DNA of 64,000 nucleotides from an uncultured Gemmatimonadales bacterium (GTDB lineage: Bacteria; Gemmatimonadota; Gemmatimonadetes; Gemmatimonadales; GWC2-71-9). Location: assembly GCA_963695555.1 (NCBI GenBank), contig CAVOGR010000005.1:256001-320000 (forward strand), written 5' to 3'. This document shows, one piece after another, positions 1 through 10,197 of this stretch. A program made the position numbers and the translations under genes. How positions within the stretch are numbered: the stretch's first letter is position 1; each line of letters begins with the position of its first letter. Under the pieces are notes generated by a model that had not been told where the DNA came from, made no database searches, and was given only the letters and a program-made list of their open reading frames with translations.

Positions 1-615
1 GTTGGTGGCATGCCGATCCTCGCGAGGGCGGTGCGCCCGTTTCTGGCGCACGCCGATGTAGCGCACGTGGTCATCGCCCTTCGCCAACCCGATGTCGAGG
101 CACCACCGAGGTGGCTCGCCAAGCTTCAAAAGGAGCGCGTGACACTGGTGGCCGGCGGTGACGAGCGGGCCGACTCCGTGCGCGCCGGGCTAGGCGTACT
201 CCCGGCCGAGTGCCGGACGGTGCTGGTTCACGATGGCGCGCGGCCATTTGTCGAGTCTGATGTTCTGGATGCCGTGATCGCTGTCGCGCGCCGTGGCATC
301 GGAGCTGTCGCCGGGGTCCCGCTCACCGATACGGTGAAACACGTGTCCGATGACAACGGTACCGTCGTCGTTGTCGAGACGCTGCCCCGGGAGCGGTTGT
401 GGCGGGCGCAGACCCCGCAAGGGTTTCCCCGGCGGATGCTCGAGGACGCGCACCAGCGTGCGGCCAAGGCGGGCGTGTCAGGGACCGATGACGCGAGCCT
501 GGTGGAGCAGGTCGGAGAACGGGTGGAGATGGTGCCGGACTCACCGCGCAACATCAAGATCACCTCACCTTACGATCTCGCATTGGCCGAGTGGCTGGTG
601 GACCAGCTCCGATGA
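1..615 (+). CDS. ispD: 2-C-methyl-D-erythritol 4-phosphate cytidylyltransferase (5' end outside the window)
   Basis: Motifs GGDERADSV, VLVHDGARP, AQTPQGF, TDDASLVE, NIKIT. The N-terminal AAGxGxR motif is missing, so the gene starts upstream. Confidence 0.95.
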   Translation, partial: VGGMPILARAVRPFLAHADVAHVVIALRQPDVEAPPRWLAKLQKERVTLVAGGDERADSVRAGLGVLPAECRTVLVHDGARPFVESDVLDAVIAVARRGIGAVAGVPLTDTVKHVSDDNGTVVVVETLPRERLWRAQTPQGFPRRMLEDAHQRAAKAGVSGTDDASLVEQVGERVEMVPDSPRNIKITSPYDLALAEWLVDQLR

Positions 616-1262
616 TCCTCCCGTTTCGTACCGACGCCGACATCGACGCGGCTATTGCCACGGCGGTGCCGCACCTCGAGGCCGAGCGGCTCCTGGCCTA
701 TCCGACGGAAACGGTGTACGGCCTGGGGTCGATTCCCACCGAGCCGGCCCTCGCGGCGCTGTCGCGCCTCAAGGGCCGGCCGCCCAGCAAGCCTTTCCTA
801 CTCCTCGTGTCGACTCGTACCATGGCGGAAGAGACCGGACTGGTCTTCAGCCATGCCGCCTCGGTCCTGGCCGAAGAATTCTGGCCCGGTCCGCTGACGC
901 TCGTGCTACCGGGTGGGGAAGGCCGGCTTCCCGATGCCTTGCGCGGACCGGAGGGCGGGATCGCCGTCCGGCTCACATCGCATGCGGGCATTCGTCGGCT
1001 GATCGCTAGACTCGGCCAGCCACTCACGAGCACCTCAGCCAATCGTCCGGGCCAGCGGCCTGCGCCTGGCGCCGACCGACTGGCCGAGGCGTTTGCCCGG
1101 GAGATCGCGGGGGGAGAGTTGTTGGTGTTGGATGGCGGGGTGCTCGGGAATGTGCCGCCGTCGACGCTGATCGATTTGACCGCGCCCGTTCCCCGGTTGG
1201 TTCGGGAGGGAGCAATTCCACGGGCCGAATTGCGCCGCCGCGTCGGCAGCCTGGCGCCGTGA
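612..1262 (+). CDS. tsaC: L-threonylcarbamoyladenylate synthase (TsaC/YrdC type, no SUA5 C-terminal domain)
   Basis: YPTETVYGLG, KGRPPSKP, FWPGPLT, STSAN. The ATG at 612 overlaps the ispD stop (ATGA). Confidence 0.93.
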   Translation: MILPFRTDADIDAAIATAVPHLEAERLLAYPTETVYGLGSIPTEPALAALSRLKGRPPSKPFLLLVSTRTMAEETGLVFSHAASVLAEEFWPGPLTLVLPGGEGRLPDALRGPEGGIAVRLTSHAGIRRLIARLGQPLTSTSANRPGQRPAPGADRLAEAFAREIAGGELLVLDGGVLGNVPPSTLIDLTAPVPRLVREGAIPRAELRRRVGSLAP

Positions 1263-1278
1263 GCGCCGTGGCCGAACC

Positions 1279-1764
1279 ATGACATCGCCGGCTATGCACC
1301 TGCTTCTCGTCTGCACCGGCAACACGTGCCGCAGTCCCATCGCCGAGGCACTGGCCAAGCGCACCCTGGAGGAACGCGGCGTATCGGATGTCACGGTCGC
1401 CTCGGCGGGCACGGGGGCATGGGATGGGGCTCCGGTCTCCGAGGGAGCGTATCTGGTGGGTCTCGAACGGCAGATCGACCTGTCACGGCACCAGGCAACG
1501 CTGTTGACACGAGAGGTCGTCACCGCGGCGGACGTGATCCTGACGATGGCCCGCCACCATCGGGCCAGAGTGGAGGAGCTGGGCGGCGGCGACAAGGTCC
1601 ACCTCCTGGGCGAATATGCCGGTGGTGGCGAAGAGGACCCGGAGGTACGCGATCCCTTCGGCGGTGATCTCCAGGAATACCGCCACACGTTCGACCAACT
1701 GGAACGATTGTTGGGGCCCGCCATTACGCGGATCGTGAGGGAACGCTCCGGTGGTCACCGGTAA
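1279..1764 (+). CDS. Low-molecular-weight protein phosphatase, YwlE-like (probable protein-arginine phosphatase)
   Basis: P-loop VCTGNTCRSPIAE, SAGT and the general-acid loop DPFGG. Confidence 0.9.
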   Translation: MTSPAMHLLLVCTGNTCRSPIAEALAKRTLEERGVSDVTVASAGTGAWDGAPVSEGAYLVGLERQIDLSRHQATLLTREVVTAADVILTMARHHRARVEELGGGDKVHLLGEYAGGGEEDPEVRDPFGGDLQEYRHTFDQLERLLGPAITRIVRERSGGHR

Positions 1765-2560
1765 CACGCGGGTCTTTGCAGTGTTGGGGGCACCGGTGTC
1801 ACAGTCCCTCTCGCCAATCATGCACAACGCGGCCATGCGCGTGCTGGGCCTCGACGCCGTGTACGTCGCATTGCCCTCGGGGGACGCCGCCGTCGCGCCG
1901 CTCATCGCCACGCTGACGGCGGCAGGCGGAGGCGGCAGCGTGACGCGCCCGCACAAATCCCGAGCCGCCGCTTCGGTCTCGCATCCGACCGAATTGGTCC
2001 GCACCCTCGATGCGTGCAATACCTTCTGGGGAGAGAACGGTGCCAGCGCCGGAGACAACACCGATGTGGCCGGCGTGCTCCACGCAACAACGGTCGTTGG
2101 CGGGGGTCGGGTGTGGGCCATCGCAGGGACCGGAGCCTCGGCCCATGCCGCGGTGGAGGCGGCCCGCACGGTCGGGGCCCGGGTGGCGGTACGCTCGCGG
2201 AGCGAGAGTCGCGCCGAATCACTGATTGAGTGGGCCACATCGAGAGGGGTGCAAATCGCCCAGCTGCCCGATGCGGACCTGCTCATCAACGCGACACCGC
2301 TCGGGTGGCGGGACGACGATCCGATGCCGTTCGATGGAGCCGACCTTCCGCGCGCCCGGGCGGCGGTCGATATGGTCTACCGGCCGGGGGAGTCTCCCTG
2401 GATTCGGGACCTGCGAGTGCGGGGACTGTCCGCCGTGGACGGCCGTGAGATGCTGCTGGGCCAGGGCGTGGCTGCGTTTCGGCGTTGGTTTCCCCAGCAC
2501 GAGCCCCCGATGGAGGTGATGCGTGCGGCAGTGGAGCGAGCGCTTCGCGCGCCTGGGTGA
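1751..2560 (+). CDS. aroE: Shikimate dehydrogenase
   Basis: SLSPIMHN, VTRPHK, ACNT, NTDVAG, INATPLG, DMVY, DGREMLLGQG. Confidence 0.9.
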   Translation: MVTGNTRVFAVLGAPVSQSLSPIMHNAAMRVLGLDAVYVALPSGDAAVAPLIATLTAAGGGGSVTRPHKSRAAASVSHPTELVRTLDACNTFWGENGASAGDNTDVAGVLHATTVVGGGRVWAIAGTGASAHAAVEAARTVGARVAVRSRSESRAESLIEWATSRGVQIAQLPDADLLINATPLGWRDDDPMPFDGADLPRARAAVDMVYRPGESPWIRDLRVRGLSAVDGREMLLGQGVAAFRRWFPQHEPPMEVMRAAVERALRAPG

Positions 2561-3260
2561 GCTCGCCGCAAGGCTCGAGCGGTTCTTGCTGCCGGCCGCG
2601 TGTCTCTGCTGCGGTGACGCGCTCCCCGGCTCGTCCGGCGCCGATGCCTGCATCTGCGCGGTCTGCCAGAGCCGGTGGTCGCGGTTGCCTGATCCCTTAT
2701 GTTCGCGGTGCGGACAGCCCGTGGGATACGACATGCCGTGTCGGATTTGTGCGGACTGGCCCGCCGGGCTCCGGCGGGTGCGGAGTGCGGTGTGGCTCAA
2801 CGACGGGGCCCGCCACGTGGCGCATCTGCTCAAGTATGAAGGCTGGTGGGGGGTGGCGCGGCCAATGGCTCGCGCCATGCGAAGCCTCGCGCCATTGACG
2901 GATGGAGTATTCTTGGTACCGATTCCGCTGGGGCGCCGCCGTCGCCGCGCTCGGGGATACAATCAGAGTGAGTACATTGCCAGGGCATTGGGCCGGGCGC
3001 GCGGACTCCCGGTACGGGAGCAGGTGTTGCGGCGGGTGCGTGAGACTGCTACCCAGACCGCCCTGACGCCCGAAGCCCGGCGGGCCAACGTGGCGGGGGC
3101 GTTCTTGGCCGCGGACGTCGCTGGGCTCGACCTGGTGCTGGTCGATGACGTCTTCACCACGGGGTCGACGCTGGCGGCGGCGGCAGCGGCGCTGGAGAAG
3201 GCCGGGGCCCGCCGGATAGATGCGGTAACATTTGCGCGAGCGCCACAGCCTGTGGCTTAG
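2523..3260 (+). CDS. comF: ComF family protein (zinc ribbon plus phosphoribosyltransferase)
   Basis: Several CxxC pairs, [17 protein letters not shown]. Start codon approximate. Confidence 0.88.
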   Translation: MRQWSERFARLGELAARLERFLLPAACLCCGDALPGSSGADACICAVCQSRWSRLPDPLCSRCGQPVGYDMPCRICADWPAGLRRVRSAVWLNDGARHVAHLLKYEGWWGVARPMARAMRSLAPLTDGVFLVPIPLGRRRRRARGYNQSEYIARALGRARGLPVREQVLRRVRETATQTALTPEARRANVAGAFLAADVAGLDLVLVDDVFTTGSTLAAAAAALEKAGARRIDAVTFARAPQPVA

Positions 3261-3310
3261 CTCGGTTGCGGGACGAATTGGACAGCAGCTTCACATCTTC
3301 GGGAGAATCG

Positions 3311-4318
3311 ATGACCATCAAAGTCGGAATCAATGGCTTCGGCCGTATCGGGCGCAACGTACTCCGCGCCGCCGTCAAGCAAGCGGACAAGGATCTGGAG
3401 ATCGTCGCGGTGAATGACCTCACCGACGCGCCGACGCTGGCCCACCTGCTCACGTACGACTCCATCCACGGCCGCTTCGACGGGTCGGTGGAATCCGCAG
3501 GCGACACGATCGTGGTTCGCGGGAAACCGATCAAGGTCTTGTCAGAGCGCGATCCCGCGAGCCTGCCATGGAAGGCGCTTGGCGTGGACATCGTGCTCGA
3601 GGCCACCGGTATTTTTCGAGATCGTGAGGGGGCAGGCAAGCATCTCAAAGCCGGGGCGAAGAAGGTCGTCATCTCCGCTCCCGCGAAGGGAGAGGACATT
3701 ACCATCGTGGTGGGAGTCAACCACACCGCGTACGACCCGAAGGCGCATCACATCATTTCCAATGCCAGTTGTACCACCAACTGTCTCGTTCCGGTGGTGC
3801 ACGTGCTCCGATCGAAATTCGGGTTCGTGCAGGGATTCATGACCACCGTGCATTCCTACACCAACGATCAGCGGATTCTCGACTTGCCCCACACAGACTT
3901 GCGGCGTGCGCGGGCGGCAGCCCTCTCCATCATTCCCACCTCGACGGGCGCGGCGAGGGCAACGGCCCTGGTCATCCCGGAGCTGAAGGGAAAGCTCGAC
4001 GGCGTCGCCCTGCGGGTTCCAACCGCCAATGTGTCGATTGTCGAGCTGACGTGCACGGTCGAGCACCCCACCACGGCGGATGAAGTCAACGCCGCCTTTC
4101 GGGCGGCGGCAGGCGGCGCGCTCCAGGGCGTCCTGGCCGTCAGTGACGAGCCGCTGGTGTCGACGGATTACATCGGCAACCTCTACTCGAGCACGGTGGA
4201 TGCCGAGCTGACGACCGTGATGGGGAGCATGGTCCACGTCTCGTCGTGGTACGACAACGAGATGGGATACTCCGCGCGGTGCGTCGATCTCATCCGCCAC
4301 ATCGGCCGGCAGCTGTGA
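3311..4318 (+). CDS. gap: Glyceraldehyde-3-phosphate dehydrogenase, type I
   Basis: [31 protein letters not shown] precedes ATG 3311. Confidence 0.98.
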   Translation: MTIKVGINGFGRIGRNVLRAAVKQADKDLEIVAVNDLTDAPTLAHLLTYDSIHGRFDGSVESAGDTIVVRGKPIKVLSERDPASLPWKALGVDIVLEATGIFRDREGAGKHLKAGAKKVVISAPAKGEDITIVVGVNHTAYDPKAHHIISNASCTTNCLVPVVHVLRSKFGFVQGFMTTVHSYTNDQRILDLPHTDLRRARAAALSIIPTSTGAARATALVIPELKGKLDGVALRVPTANVSIVELTCTVEHPTTADEVNAAFRAAAGGALQGVLAVSDEPLVSTDYIGNLYSSTVDAELTTVMGSMVHVSSWYDNEMGYSARCVDLIRHIGRQL

Positions 4319-5505
4319 AGCGCAGCCTGTCTGCGCTGGGCCACGAGACGCTCGCCGGGACGCGGGCGCTGGTGCGGGTCGACTTCAATTGTCCCATTGA
4401 AGACGGTGCGGTCACCGACGCGACCCGGATCCGAGCGGCGCTCCCGACCATTCGGTACCTCAAGGAGCGGGGGGCGCGGGTGGTGCTTCTGTCGCACCTG
4501 GGCCGGCCCAAGGGCAAGAAGGACCCGGCGTACACGCTCCAGCCGGTGGTCGGCGAACTGGAGCGGCTGCTCGGCGAGCCGGTCACGTTCATCGAAGACC
4601 CCACGGCAGCCGAGGCGGTGCGGGCCACGGCCAGGCTTCCGCGAGGCGGCGTCGCCGTGGTGGAGAACACGCGGTTCTTTCCCGGCGAGGAGAAGAACGA
4701 TCCCGACACCGCCCACATGTTCGCAGCCCTCGGCGACATCTTCATCAACGATGCCTTCGGCGCCGCACACCGCGCCCATGCAACCACGGTTGGCGTGGCT
4801 CACGTGCTCAAACCCGCCGTCACCGGATTTCTCATGGAACGGGAGCTCCGCTACCTCGGTGCGGCGCTCGAACAGCCGGCCAGGCCGTTTGTGGCCATTC
4901 TCGGTGGCGCCAAGATCTCCGGCAAGATCGATCTGATTGGCGCCTTGCTCCCCAAGGTGGATCACATCCTCATCGGCGGGGCGATGGCGTGCACCTTCTT
5001 CCGGGCCATGGGACTGGAAGTCGGAACCTCGCTGGTCGAATCCGACCGCCTCCCGATGGCCCGCGACCTCCTGTCTACGGCGGACGGCAAGCTCGTGCTT
5101 CCCAGCGGGGCGGTGATCGCCGAGCGACTCGAACCCGGGATTGCGACCCGCGAGGTTACCCGCGACGCCATCCCTCCGGGGTGGGGGATGTACGATATCG
5201 ACAGCGCGACCATCGAGAGCTACGGCCAGACCATTGGCGCCGCCGGAACGGTGCTTTGGAACGGCCCGATGGGTGTGTTCGAGACCGAGCCATTCGACCG
5301 CGGGACGCTTGGGGTTGCCAAGGCCATGGCCGCGGCGACGGCCCGCGGCGTCGTCACGATTGTCGGCGGTGGCGACTCCGCGGCTGCTGTCGCCGCGGCC
5401 GGGCTCTCGGAACAGATGACGCATGTCTCAACCGGTGGGGGCGCCTCGCTCGAATTTCTCGAAGGCAAGGAGCTGCCGGGCGTACAGGCATTGGACGATG
5501 CCTGA
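4315..5505 (+). CDS. pgk: Phosphoglycerate kinase
   Basis: [49 protein letters not shown] start overlaps the gap stop. Confidence 0.97.
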   Translation: MKRSLSALGHETLAGTRALVRVDFNCPIEDGAVTDATRIRAALPTIRYLKERGARVVLLSHLGRPKGKKDPAYTLQPVVGELERLLGEPVTFIEDPTAAEAVRATARLPRGGVAVVENTRFFPGEEKNDPDTAHMFAALGDIFINDAFGAAHRAHATTVGVAHVLKPAVTGFLMERELRYLGAALEQPARPFVAILGGAKISGKIDLIGALLPKVDHILIGGAMACTFFRAMGLEVGTSLVESDRLPMARDLLSTADGKLVLPSGAVIAERLEPGIATREVTRDAIPPGWGMYDIDSATIESYGQTIGAAGTVLWNGPMGVFETEPFDRGTLGVAKAMAAATARGVVTIVGGGDSAAAVAAAGLSEQMTHVSTGGGASLEFLEGKELPGVQALDDA

Positions 5506-5528
5506 ACGGTCACCGCGCGGAGGCTGAC

Positions 5529-6287
5529 ATGCCGGAACTGCTGTACGCCGCAAACTGGAAGATGAACCTCGGCCCCGCCGAGACGCGCACCTACGCCGAG
5601 GAGTTCCTCGCGGCCGTGCCCGTCGTCAAAGGGCGGAGCATCTGGTTCTTCCCGCCCGCGGTGTCGCTTGCCGCCGCGGCCGACGCGTTTCGGGGTCGCC
5701 CGGACATCCGGGTCGGCGCGCAGGACATCCACTGGGAGCCGTCCGGCGCCTACACGGGTGCCACGTCCATCCCGCTGGCCGTGGCCGCTGGTGCCACCGC
5801 GGCATTGGTGGGGCACTCCGAACGCCGCCACGTGTTCGGGGAAACGGACCAGGAAACGGGACGGAAGGTCCGGGCGTCCATCGCCGGTGGACTCATTCCC
5901 GTCTTGTGCGTGGGTGAACGGTTGGAGGAGCGCGAAGCCGGCCACACCAAGGCCGTGGTGCAGCGGCAGCTCCAAGCCGGCTTGGCTGACGTCGGCCCAA
6001 GAGAATTGGGGCGGATCATCATCGCGTACGAACCGGTCTGGGCCATCGGGACTGGGAAGAACGCAACGCCCGCCGACGCCGCACTGGTGCATCACCACAT
6101 CCGGCAGCAACTGGAGCAGCAGGGAGCGCGCGAGCCCATCCGAGTGCTGTATGGCGGGAGCGTGAAGACGAAGAACGTCCAAGCGCTCCTGGCGGAGCCG
6201 GAGCTCGATGGCGTGTTGGTTGGCGGGGCCAGTCTCGAGCCCGCCGAATGGGCCAAGCTGGTCGCTCTGGTCAGGGACCGGGCGTAG
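5529..6287 (+). CDS. tpiA: Triosephosphate isomerase
   Basis: ANWKMN, GHSERR, AYEPVWAIGTG, YGGSV, LVGGASL. GGAGG SD precedes ATG 5529. Confidence 0.97.
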   Translation: MPELLYAANWKMNLGPAETRTYAEEFLAAVPVVKGRSIWFFPPAVSLAAAADAFRGRPDIRVGAQDIHWEPSGAYTGATSIPLAVAAGATAALVGHSERRHVFGETDQETGRKVRASIAGGLIPVLCVGERLEEREAGHTKAVVQRQLQAGLADVGPRELGRIIIAYEPVWAIGTGKNATPADAALVHHHIRQQLEQQGAREPIRVLYGGSVKTKNVQALLAEPELDGVLVGGASLEPAEWAKLVALVRDRA

Positions 6288-6291
6288 TCCG

Positions 6292-6320
6292 TTGACCGTG
6301 CGCGGCCACGGCGTTAGTCT
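6292..6320 (+). promoter_or_regulatory. Putative sigma70 promoter for secG-carA
   Basis: TTGACC-N17-TAGTCT. Confidence 0.55.
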
Positions 6321-6349
6321 TCCCCGCCCAGGAAAGCGCTGACGGAGCC

Positions 6350-6742
6350 ATGTTTCAATTCATCCTCGTTCTCATCATCATCGATGCCATTGTCCTCGCG
6401 GTGGTCGTGCTGCTCCAGGCCGGCCAAGGCGGCGGGCTCGCGTCGCTTGGCGGTGCAGGCGGGACGGATTCAGTGCTCGGCGGGCGCCACGCCGTCAACT
6501 GGCTCACCAAGACCACCTGGGTGTCGGGCGGGCTGTTCCTCTTCTTCTCGCTGATTCTGACCCTGTTGAGTTCGAATCGTGCCGTGAGCGGCAGCGAAGT
6601 TCAGGATCTCTTGCGCACCGCACCCGCGCCTGTCGAGGCACCGGCTCAGCAAGGGACCCAAGGGCAAGTGCCGATACCCGGACTTGGCGAAACCCCTGCG
6701 GGCAGCCAACCCGCCCCGACCGAGCCCGCGCCCAGCCCGTGA
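6350..6742 (+). CDS. secG: Preprotein translocase subunit SecG
   Basis: Two hydrophobic helices flanking LLQAGQGGGLASLGG...LTKTT. Follows tpiA, a conserved arrangement. Confidence 0.93.
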   Translation: MFQFILVLIIIDAIVLAVVVLLQAGQGGGLASLGGAGGTDSVLGGRHAVNWLTKTTWVSGGLFLFFSLILTLLSSNRAVSGSEVQDLLRTAPAPVEAPAQQGTQGQVPIPGLGETPAGSQPAPTEPAPSP

Positions 6743-6782
6743 GCCTTGGCGCTCGGACGATCCGGCACGGCGGGGCGATCGC

Positions 6783-7913
6783 ATGAGTGATCGCCCCGCC
6801 TTCGTCTTGTTGGAAGACGGAACACTGTTTTCCGGTACCGCGCCTGCCTCCATCCGGGCATCGTTCGGCGAAGTGGTCTTCACGACCAATCTCACCGGTT
6901 ACCAGGAAGCATTCACCGACCCGAGTTACCTCGACCAGATTCTCGTCATGACGGCCCCGATGATTGGGAACTACGGCGTCACCAGGGACGACATGGAATC
7001 GGACCGCCCGCAGGTCGCAGGGGTGGTGGTCCGGGAACTTTCGCGCCATCCCTCGAACTGGCGCGCCACCGAGTCGCTCGGCGCGTGGCTCTCCGAGTAC
7101 GGCATCCCGGTGGTTGAAGGGGTCGATACCAGGAGGCTCACGCGCCACATACGGGAACGCGGCGCGATGCGGGGGGTACTGGCAGAGGGCAGGACGCCAA
7201 CGCCCGACCTCTCGGCCGAGCTCGACCGATGGCCCTCGATGGTCGGGCTCGACCTCGCGTCGCGCGCCACCGTGGCGCAACCCTGGACGGAAGGTCAAGA
7301 GGGACCGCACGTGGTGGCGTTCGACTTCGGGATCAAGCGCAGCATCATTCGGCAGCTCCGGGCCCGTGGCTGCCGCGTAACCGTCGTCCCGGCCAGGACC
7401 TCGCCTGAGGAAGTGCGCGGCTTCCGGCCAGACGGCCTGTTCCTGTCCAACGGTCCCGGAGACCCCGCCGCGGTCGGCTACGCGTTGGAAACCATCCGGA
7501 CCCTGACACGCTCCGGAATGCCGACTTTTGGTATCTGCTTGGGGCACCAGCTCTTGGCGCTCGCGCTTGGCGGGAGCACCTCGAAGATGCCCTATGGCCA
7601 TCGTGGAGGTAACCACCCGGTGCGCGACTGCCGGACCGCGCGGGTCCTCATCACGACGCAAAATCATGGTTTCACGGTTGTGGGCAACGACCGCGAAGTT
7701 GCTGGCGCGCCAGAACTTGAGGTGAGCCACGTGAACCTCAATGACGGGACCATCGAGGGCCTGCGACACCGAGTTTTGCCCGTCTTTTCAGTGCAATACC
7801 ACCCCGAGGCCGCGCCCGGACCCCACGACGCCTACCCTCATTTTGGGGAATTCCTCGATCTCATCGGGGCCCCGCCCCGAGCCCGGATCCCCCAACCCCT
7901 TGACAGTCAATAG
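6783..7913 (+). CDS. carA: Carbamoyl-phosphate synthase small (glutaminase) subunit
   Basis: LLEDGT, GEVVFTT..TGYQE..TDPSY, LSNGPGDP, GICLGHQLL, SVQYHPEAAPGPHD. Confidence 0.96.
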   Translation: MSDRPAFVLLEDGTLFSGTAPASIRASFGEVVFTTNLTGYQEAFTDPSYLDQILVMTAPMIGNYGVTRDDMESDRPQVAGVVVRELSRHPSNWRATESLGAWLSEYGIPVVEGVDTRRLTRHIRERGAMRGVLAEGRTPTPDLSAELDRWPSMVGLDLASRATVAQPWTEGQEGPHVVAFDFGIKRSIIRQLRARGCRVTVVPARTSPEEVRGFRPDGLFLSNGPGDPAAVGYALETIRTLTRSGMPTFGICLGHQLLALALGGSTSKMPYGHRGGNHPVRDCRTARVLITTQNHGFTVVGNDREVAGAPELEVSHVNLNDGTIEGLRHRVLPVFSVQYHPEAAPGPHDAYPHFGEFLDLIGAPPRARIPQPLDSQ

Positions 7914-7928
7914 GTAAGCTCGTATCCT
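7900..7928 (+). promoter_or_regulatory. Putative sigma70 promoter for the HU gene
   Basis: TTGACA-N17-TATCCT, overlapping the end of carA. Confidence 0.65.
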
Positions 7929-7979
7929 CTGGCCCAGAGAAGGTCGAGCTGCGACTCGCTGGGGTTCCCTGGGGGACGA

Positions 7980-8330
7980 ATGACCAAGGCTGATCTCGTC
8001 GAATACGTCACCGCCTCGATTGCCCGAACCTCGGGGCCCATGATATCGAAGAAGGACTGCGCCCGGGTGGTGGACGCGTTTTTGGACGCTGTCAAAGAAG
8101 CACTGCGCACCCAGCAAAACATTGAGGTTCGGGGGTTTGGGACCTTCAAGATCAGGCGCCGGAAGACCCGGATGGCTAGAAACCCGCGGACCGGTGAGCC
8201 GGTGCAGGTGGCGGCCCGTCCGGTTCCGGTTTTCAAGCCGAGCAAAGAACTCCGGACCCTCGTGGCCGAGTACGAAGGACCGGCCGCCGGTCCGCCGCCA
8301 GGTTTGGGCTCGTCCGGAGACTCGATGTAG
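7980..8330 (+). CDS. HU/IHF family DNA-binding protein
   Basis: MTKADLVE, IEVRGFGTF, RMARNPRTGE, PVFKPSKELR. Confidence 0.95.
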   Translation: MTKADLVEYVTASIARTSGPMISKKDCARVVDAFLDAVKEALRTQQNIEVRGFGTFKIRRRKTRMARNPRTGEPVQVAARPVPVFKPSKELRTLVAEYEGPAAGPPPGLGSSGDSM

Positions 8331-8361
8331 CGAGGCATGTCAGCAGATTGTTTGTCAGACT

Positions 8362-8388
8362 CGGGGCCGCGCATGGGGTGCGGCCCCG
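8362..8388. terminator. GC-rich hairpin downstream of the HU gene (possible terminator, no U tract)
   Basis: CGGGGCCGC-N9-GCGGCCCCG inverted repeat. Confidence 0.45.
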
Positions 8389-8460
8389 GTGCTATCCACC
8401 CTAGATTGCTCCTTCACTATGCGAGCGAGACTAGACCCTCCAGCGCCTGCGGCAAGCACG

Positions 8461-8706
8461 ATGCAGGTCGAAGTCCTGGTCTTTGGCCAGCTCGTCGAGT
8501 TGCTGGGCGCGAGTAGCCTGTCGGTCCGGCTGCCGCGGCCGGCAACAGCGCGAGACGTGTTTCACGCCGTGCTCGCCACGCTGCCGAACCCCGCTCCTTC
8601 CATCCCTCCGCTCGCCTTCGCCGTCAATCGCGTCCATGCCACCCCCGAGGCAGCGGTGGAGGACGGCGATGAGGTGGCCCTCCTGCCTCCTCTGGCGGGG
8701 GGATAG
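8461..8706 (+). CDS. moaD: Molybdopterin synthase sulfur carrier subunit
   Basis: 81 aa; FAVNR and DGDEVALLPPLAGG with C-terminal GG; upstream of moaE. Confidence 0.92.
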   Translation: MQVEVLVFGQLVELLGASSLSVRLPRPATARDVFHAVLATLPNPAPSIPPLAFAVNRVHATPEAAVEDGDEVALLPPLAGG

Positions 8707-8707
8707 C

Positions 8708-9163
8708 GTGCCGCACCTTACCACGGAGCGGCTTCGGCTCGATCGACTGGTCGCCGAGGTCCTGTCCCCGGAGCGGGGTGGAGTTGCGACCTTCATCGGA
8801 GTGGTGCGCAACCACCATGATGGCCGCTCGGTCGTGCGGCTCGAGTATTCCGCGTATGACGCGATGGCAGAGGCGGAGTGCCAACGGATCGTGGCTGAGG
8901 CTACCGAGCGCTGGCCGGTCCGGGTGGCGGTCGAGCATCGTCTGGGCACGCTCGAAGTCGGCGATGCGGCGGTAATGGTGGCTGCGGCCGCGGCGCATCG
9001 GGCACAGGCATTCGAAGCATGCCGCTACGTGATCGAGGAGCTGAAGCGCCGCGTGCCGGTGTGGAAGCGGGAACATTTCGCCGACGGAAGCATGGTGTGG
9101 GTCGAGCCGGCCGGGGCCGGTGCAGCCGGCGGAAACGTCCCGCCGGACGGGGCGGCACGATGA
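8708..9163 (+). CDS. moaE: Molybdopterin synthase catalytic subunit
   Basis: GGVATFIGVVRNH, LEYSAY, HRLGTL, HRAQAF, LKRRVPVWKRE. Confidence 0.95.
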   Translation: MPHLTTERLRLDRLVAEVLSPERGGVATFIGVVRNHHDGRSVVRLEYSAYDAMAEAECQRIVAEATERWPVRVAVEHRLGTLEVGDAAVMVAAAAAHRAQAFEACRYVIEELKRRVPVWKREHFADGSMVWVEPAGAGAAGGNVPPDGAAR

Positions 9164-10194
9164 GTACACCGCTGCGTCCGACAGATCGCCATGACCGGCC
9201 GATGGGAAGTCTCCGCGTGTCGGTGACTGATCGTTGCAACATGCGGTGCCGTTACTGCATGCCGGAAGACAGCTACGTATGGTTGCCGCGAACCTCGCTG
9301 TTGTCCTTCGAAGAAATCGAGCGGTTGGTCAGGGTGTTCGCCTTGGCCGGCGTCGACAAGATCCGGCTCACCGGGGGCGAGCCGCTGTTGCGCCATGACC
9401 TATGCTCCTTGATCGGACGGATTCGGCGCGTTCCGGGAATTCGTGACCTCGCCTTGACCACCAACGGAGTCTTGCTCGCGCGTTGGGCGCGGCCAATGCG
9501 GGAGGCCGGCCTGGACCGCGTGACCATCAGCCTGGACACCCTGCGGCCCGAGCGGCTCCGCGAGTTTGCCCGCACTGAGCGCCACGACGATATCATGCGA
9601 GGCATCGCCGCCGCGCGCGAAGCCGGATACCCGACCATCAAAGTGAATGCGGTGATCATCCGCGACTACAATCTGGACGAAGTGGCGGAGCTGCTCGCGT
9701 TCGGGAAGGCGAACGGGCTCGAGGTCCGTTTCATTGAGTACATGGATGTCGGCGGTGCCACGCGCTGGTCAATCGATCAGGTGGTGTCGCGAAGGGAGAT
9801 ACTCGAGGTGATTGGCCGCGCACTCGGTCGAGTCACGCCGCTGCCCGGCGATCCGAGGGCGCCGGCCGAGCAATTCACCTTGTCGGATGGCAGCCGGTTC
9901 GGCATCGTGGCGTCGACCACGGCGCCGTTTTGCGGCCAATGTGATCGCAGCCGCCTCACCGCGGACGGAACGTGGTTCCTCTGCTTGTATGCCGAGTCGG
10001 GAGTCGACCTGAGGGACGCAGTGCGTAGGGGGGCGTCGGACGCGGAGCTGCGCGACCTGGTTGTCAGGACGTGGCGGGCACGGACCGATCGGGGCGCGGA
10101 GGCTCGCCTGGGCCTGGCCGATCGCGGGGCACTCTATCCGGTCGAAGCGCTCCGCCTCAACCCTCTCCGCGAGATGCATACCCGTGGAGGGTGA
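9160..10194 (+). CDS. moaA: GTP 3',8-cyclase
   Basis: LRVSVTDRCNMRCRYCMP radical-SAM motif, FCGQCDRSRLTADG, C-terminal GG. Confidence 0.96.
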   Translation: MSTPLRPTDRHDRPMGSLRVSVTDRCNMRCRYCMPEDSYVWLPRTSLLSFEEIERLVRVFALAGVDKIRLTGGEPLLRHDLCSLIGRIRRVPGIRDLALTTNGVLLARWARPMREAGLDRVTISLDTLRPERLREFARTERHDDIMRGIAAAREAGYPTIKVNAVIIRDYNLDEVAELLAFGKANGLEVRFIEYMDVGGATRWSIDQVVSRREILEVIGRALGRVTPLPGDPRAPAEQFTLSDGSRFGIVASTTAPFCGQCDRSRLTADGTWFLCLYAESGVDLRDAVRRGASDAELRDLVVRTWRARTDRGAEARLGLADRGALYPVEALRLNPLREMHTRGG

Positions 10195-10197
10195 TCC

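Noticed and set aside
6743..6782. tRNA-Leu often found after secG
   Set aside because: The gap is only 40 bp and has no cloverleaf or T-loop (GTTCGA) signature.
8331..8460. Moco riboswitch upstream of moaD
   Set aside because: Only a simple GC hairpin is visible; I cannot support the multi-stem Moco motif without a covariance-model search.
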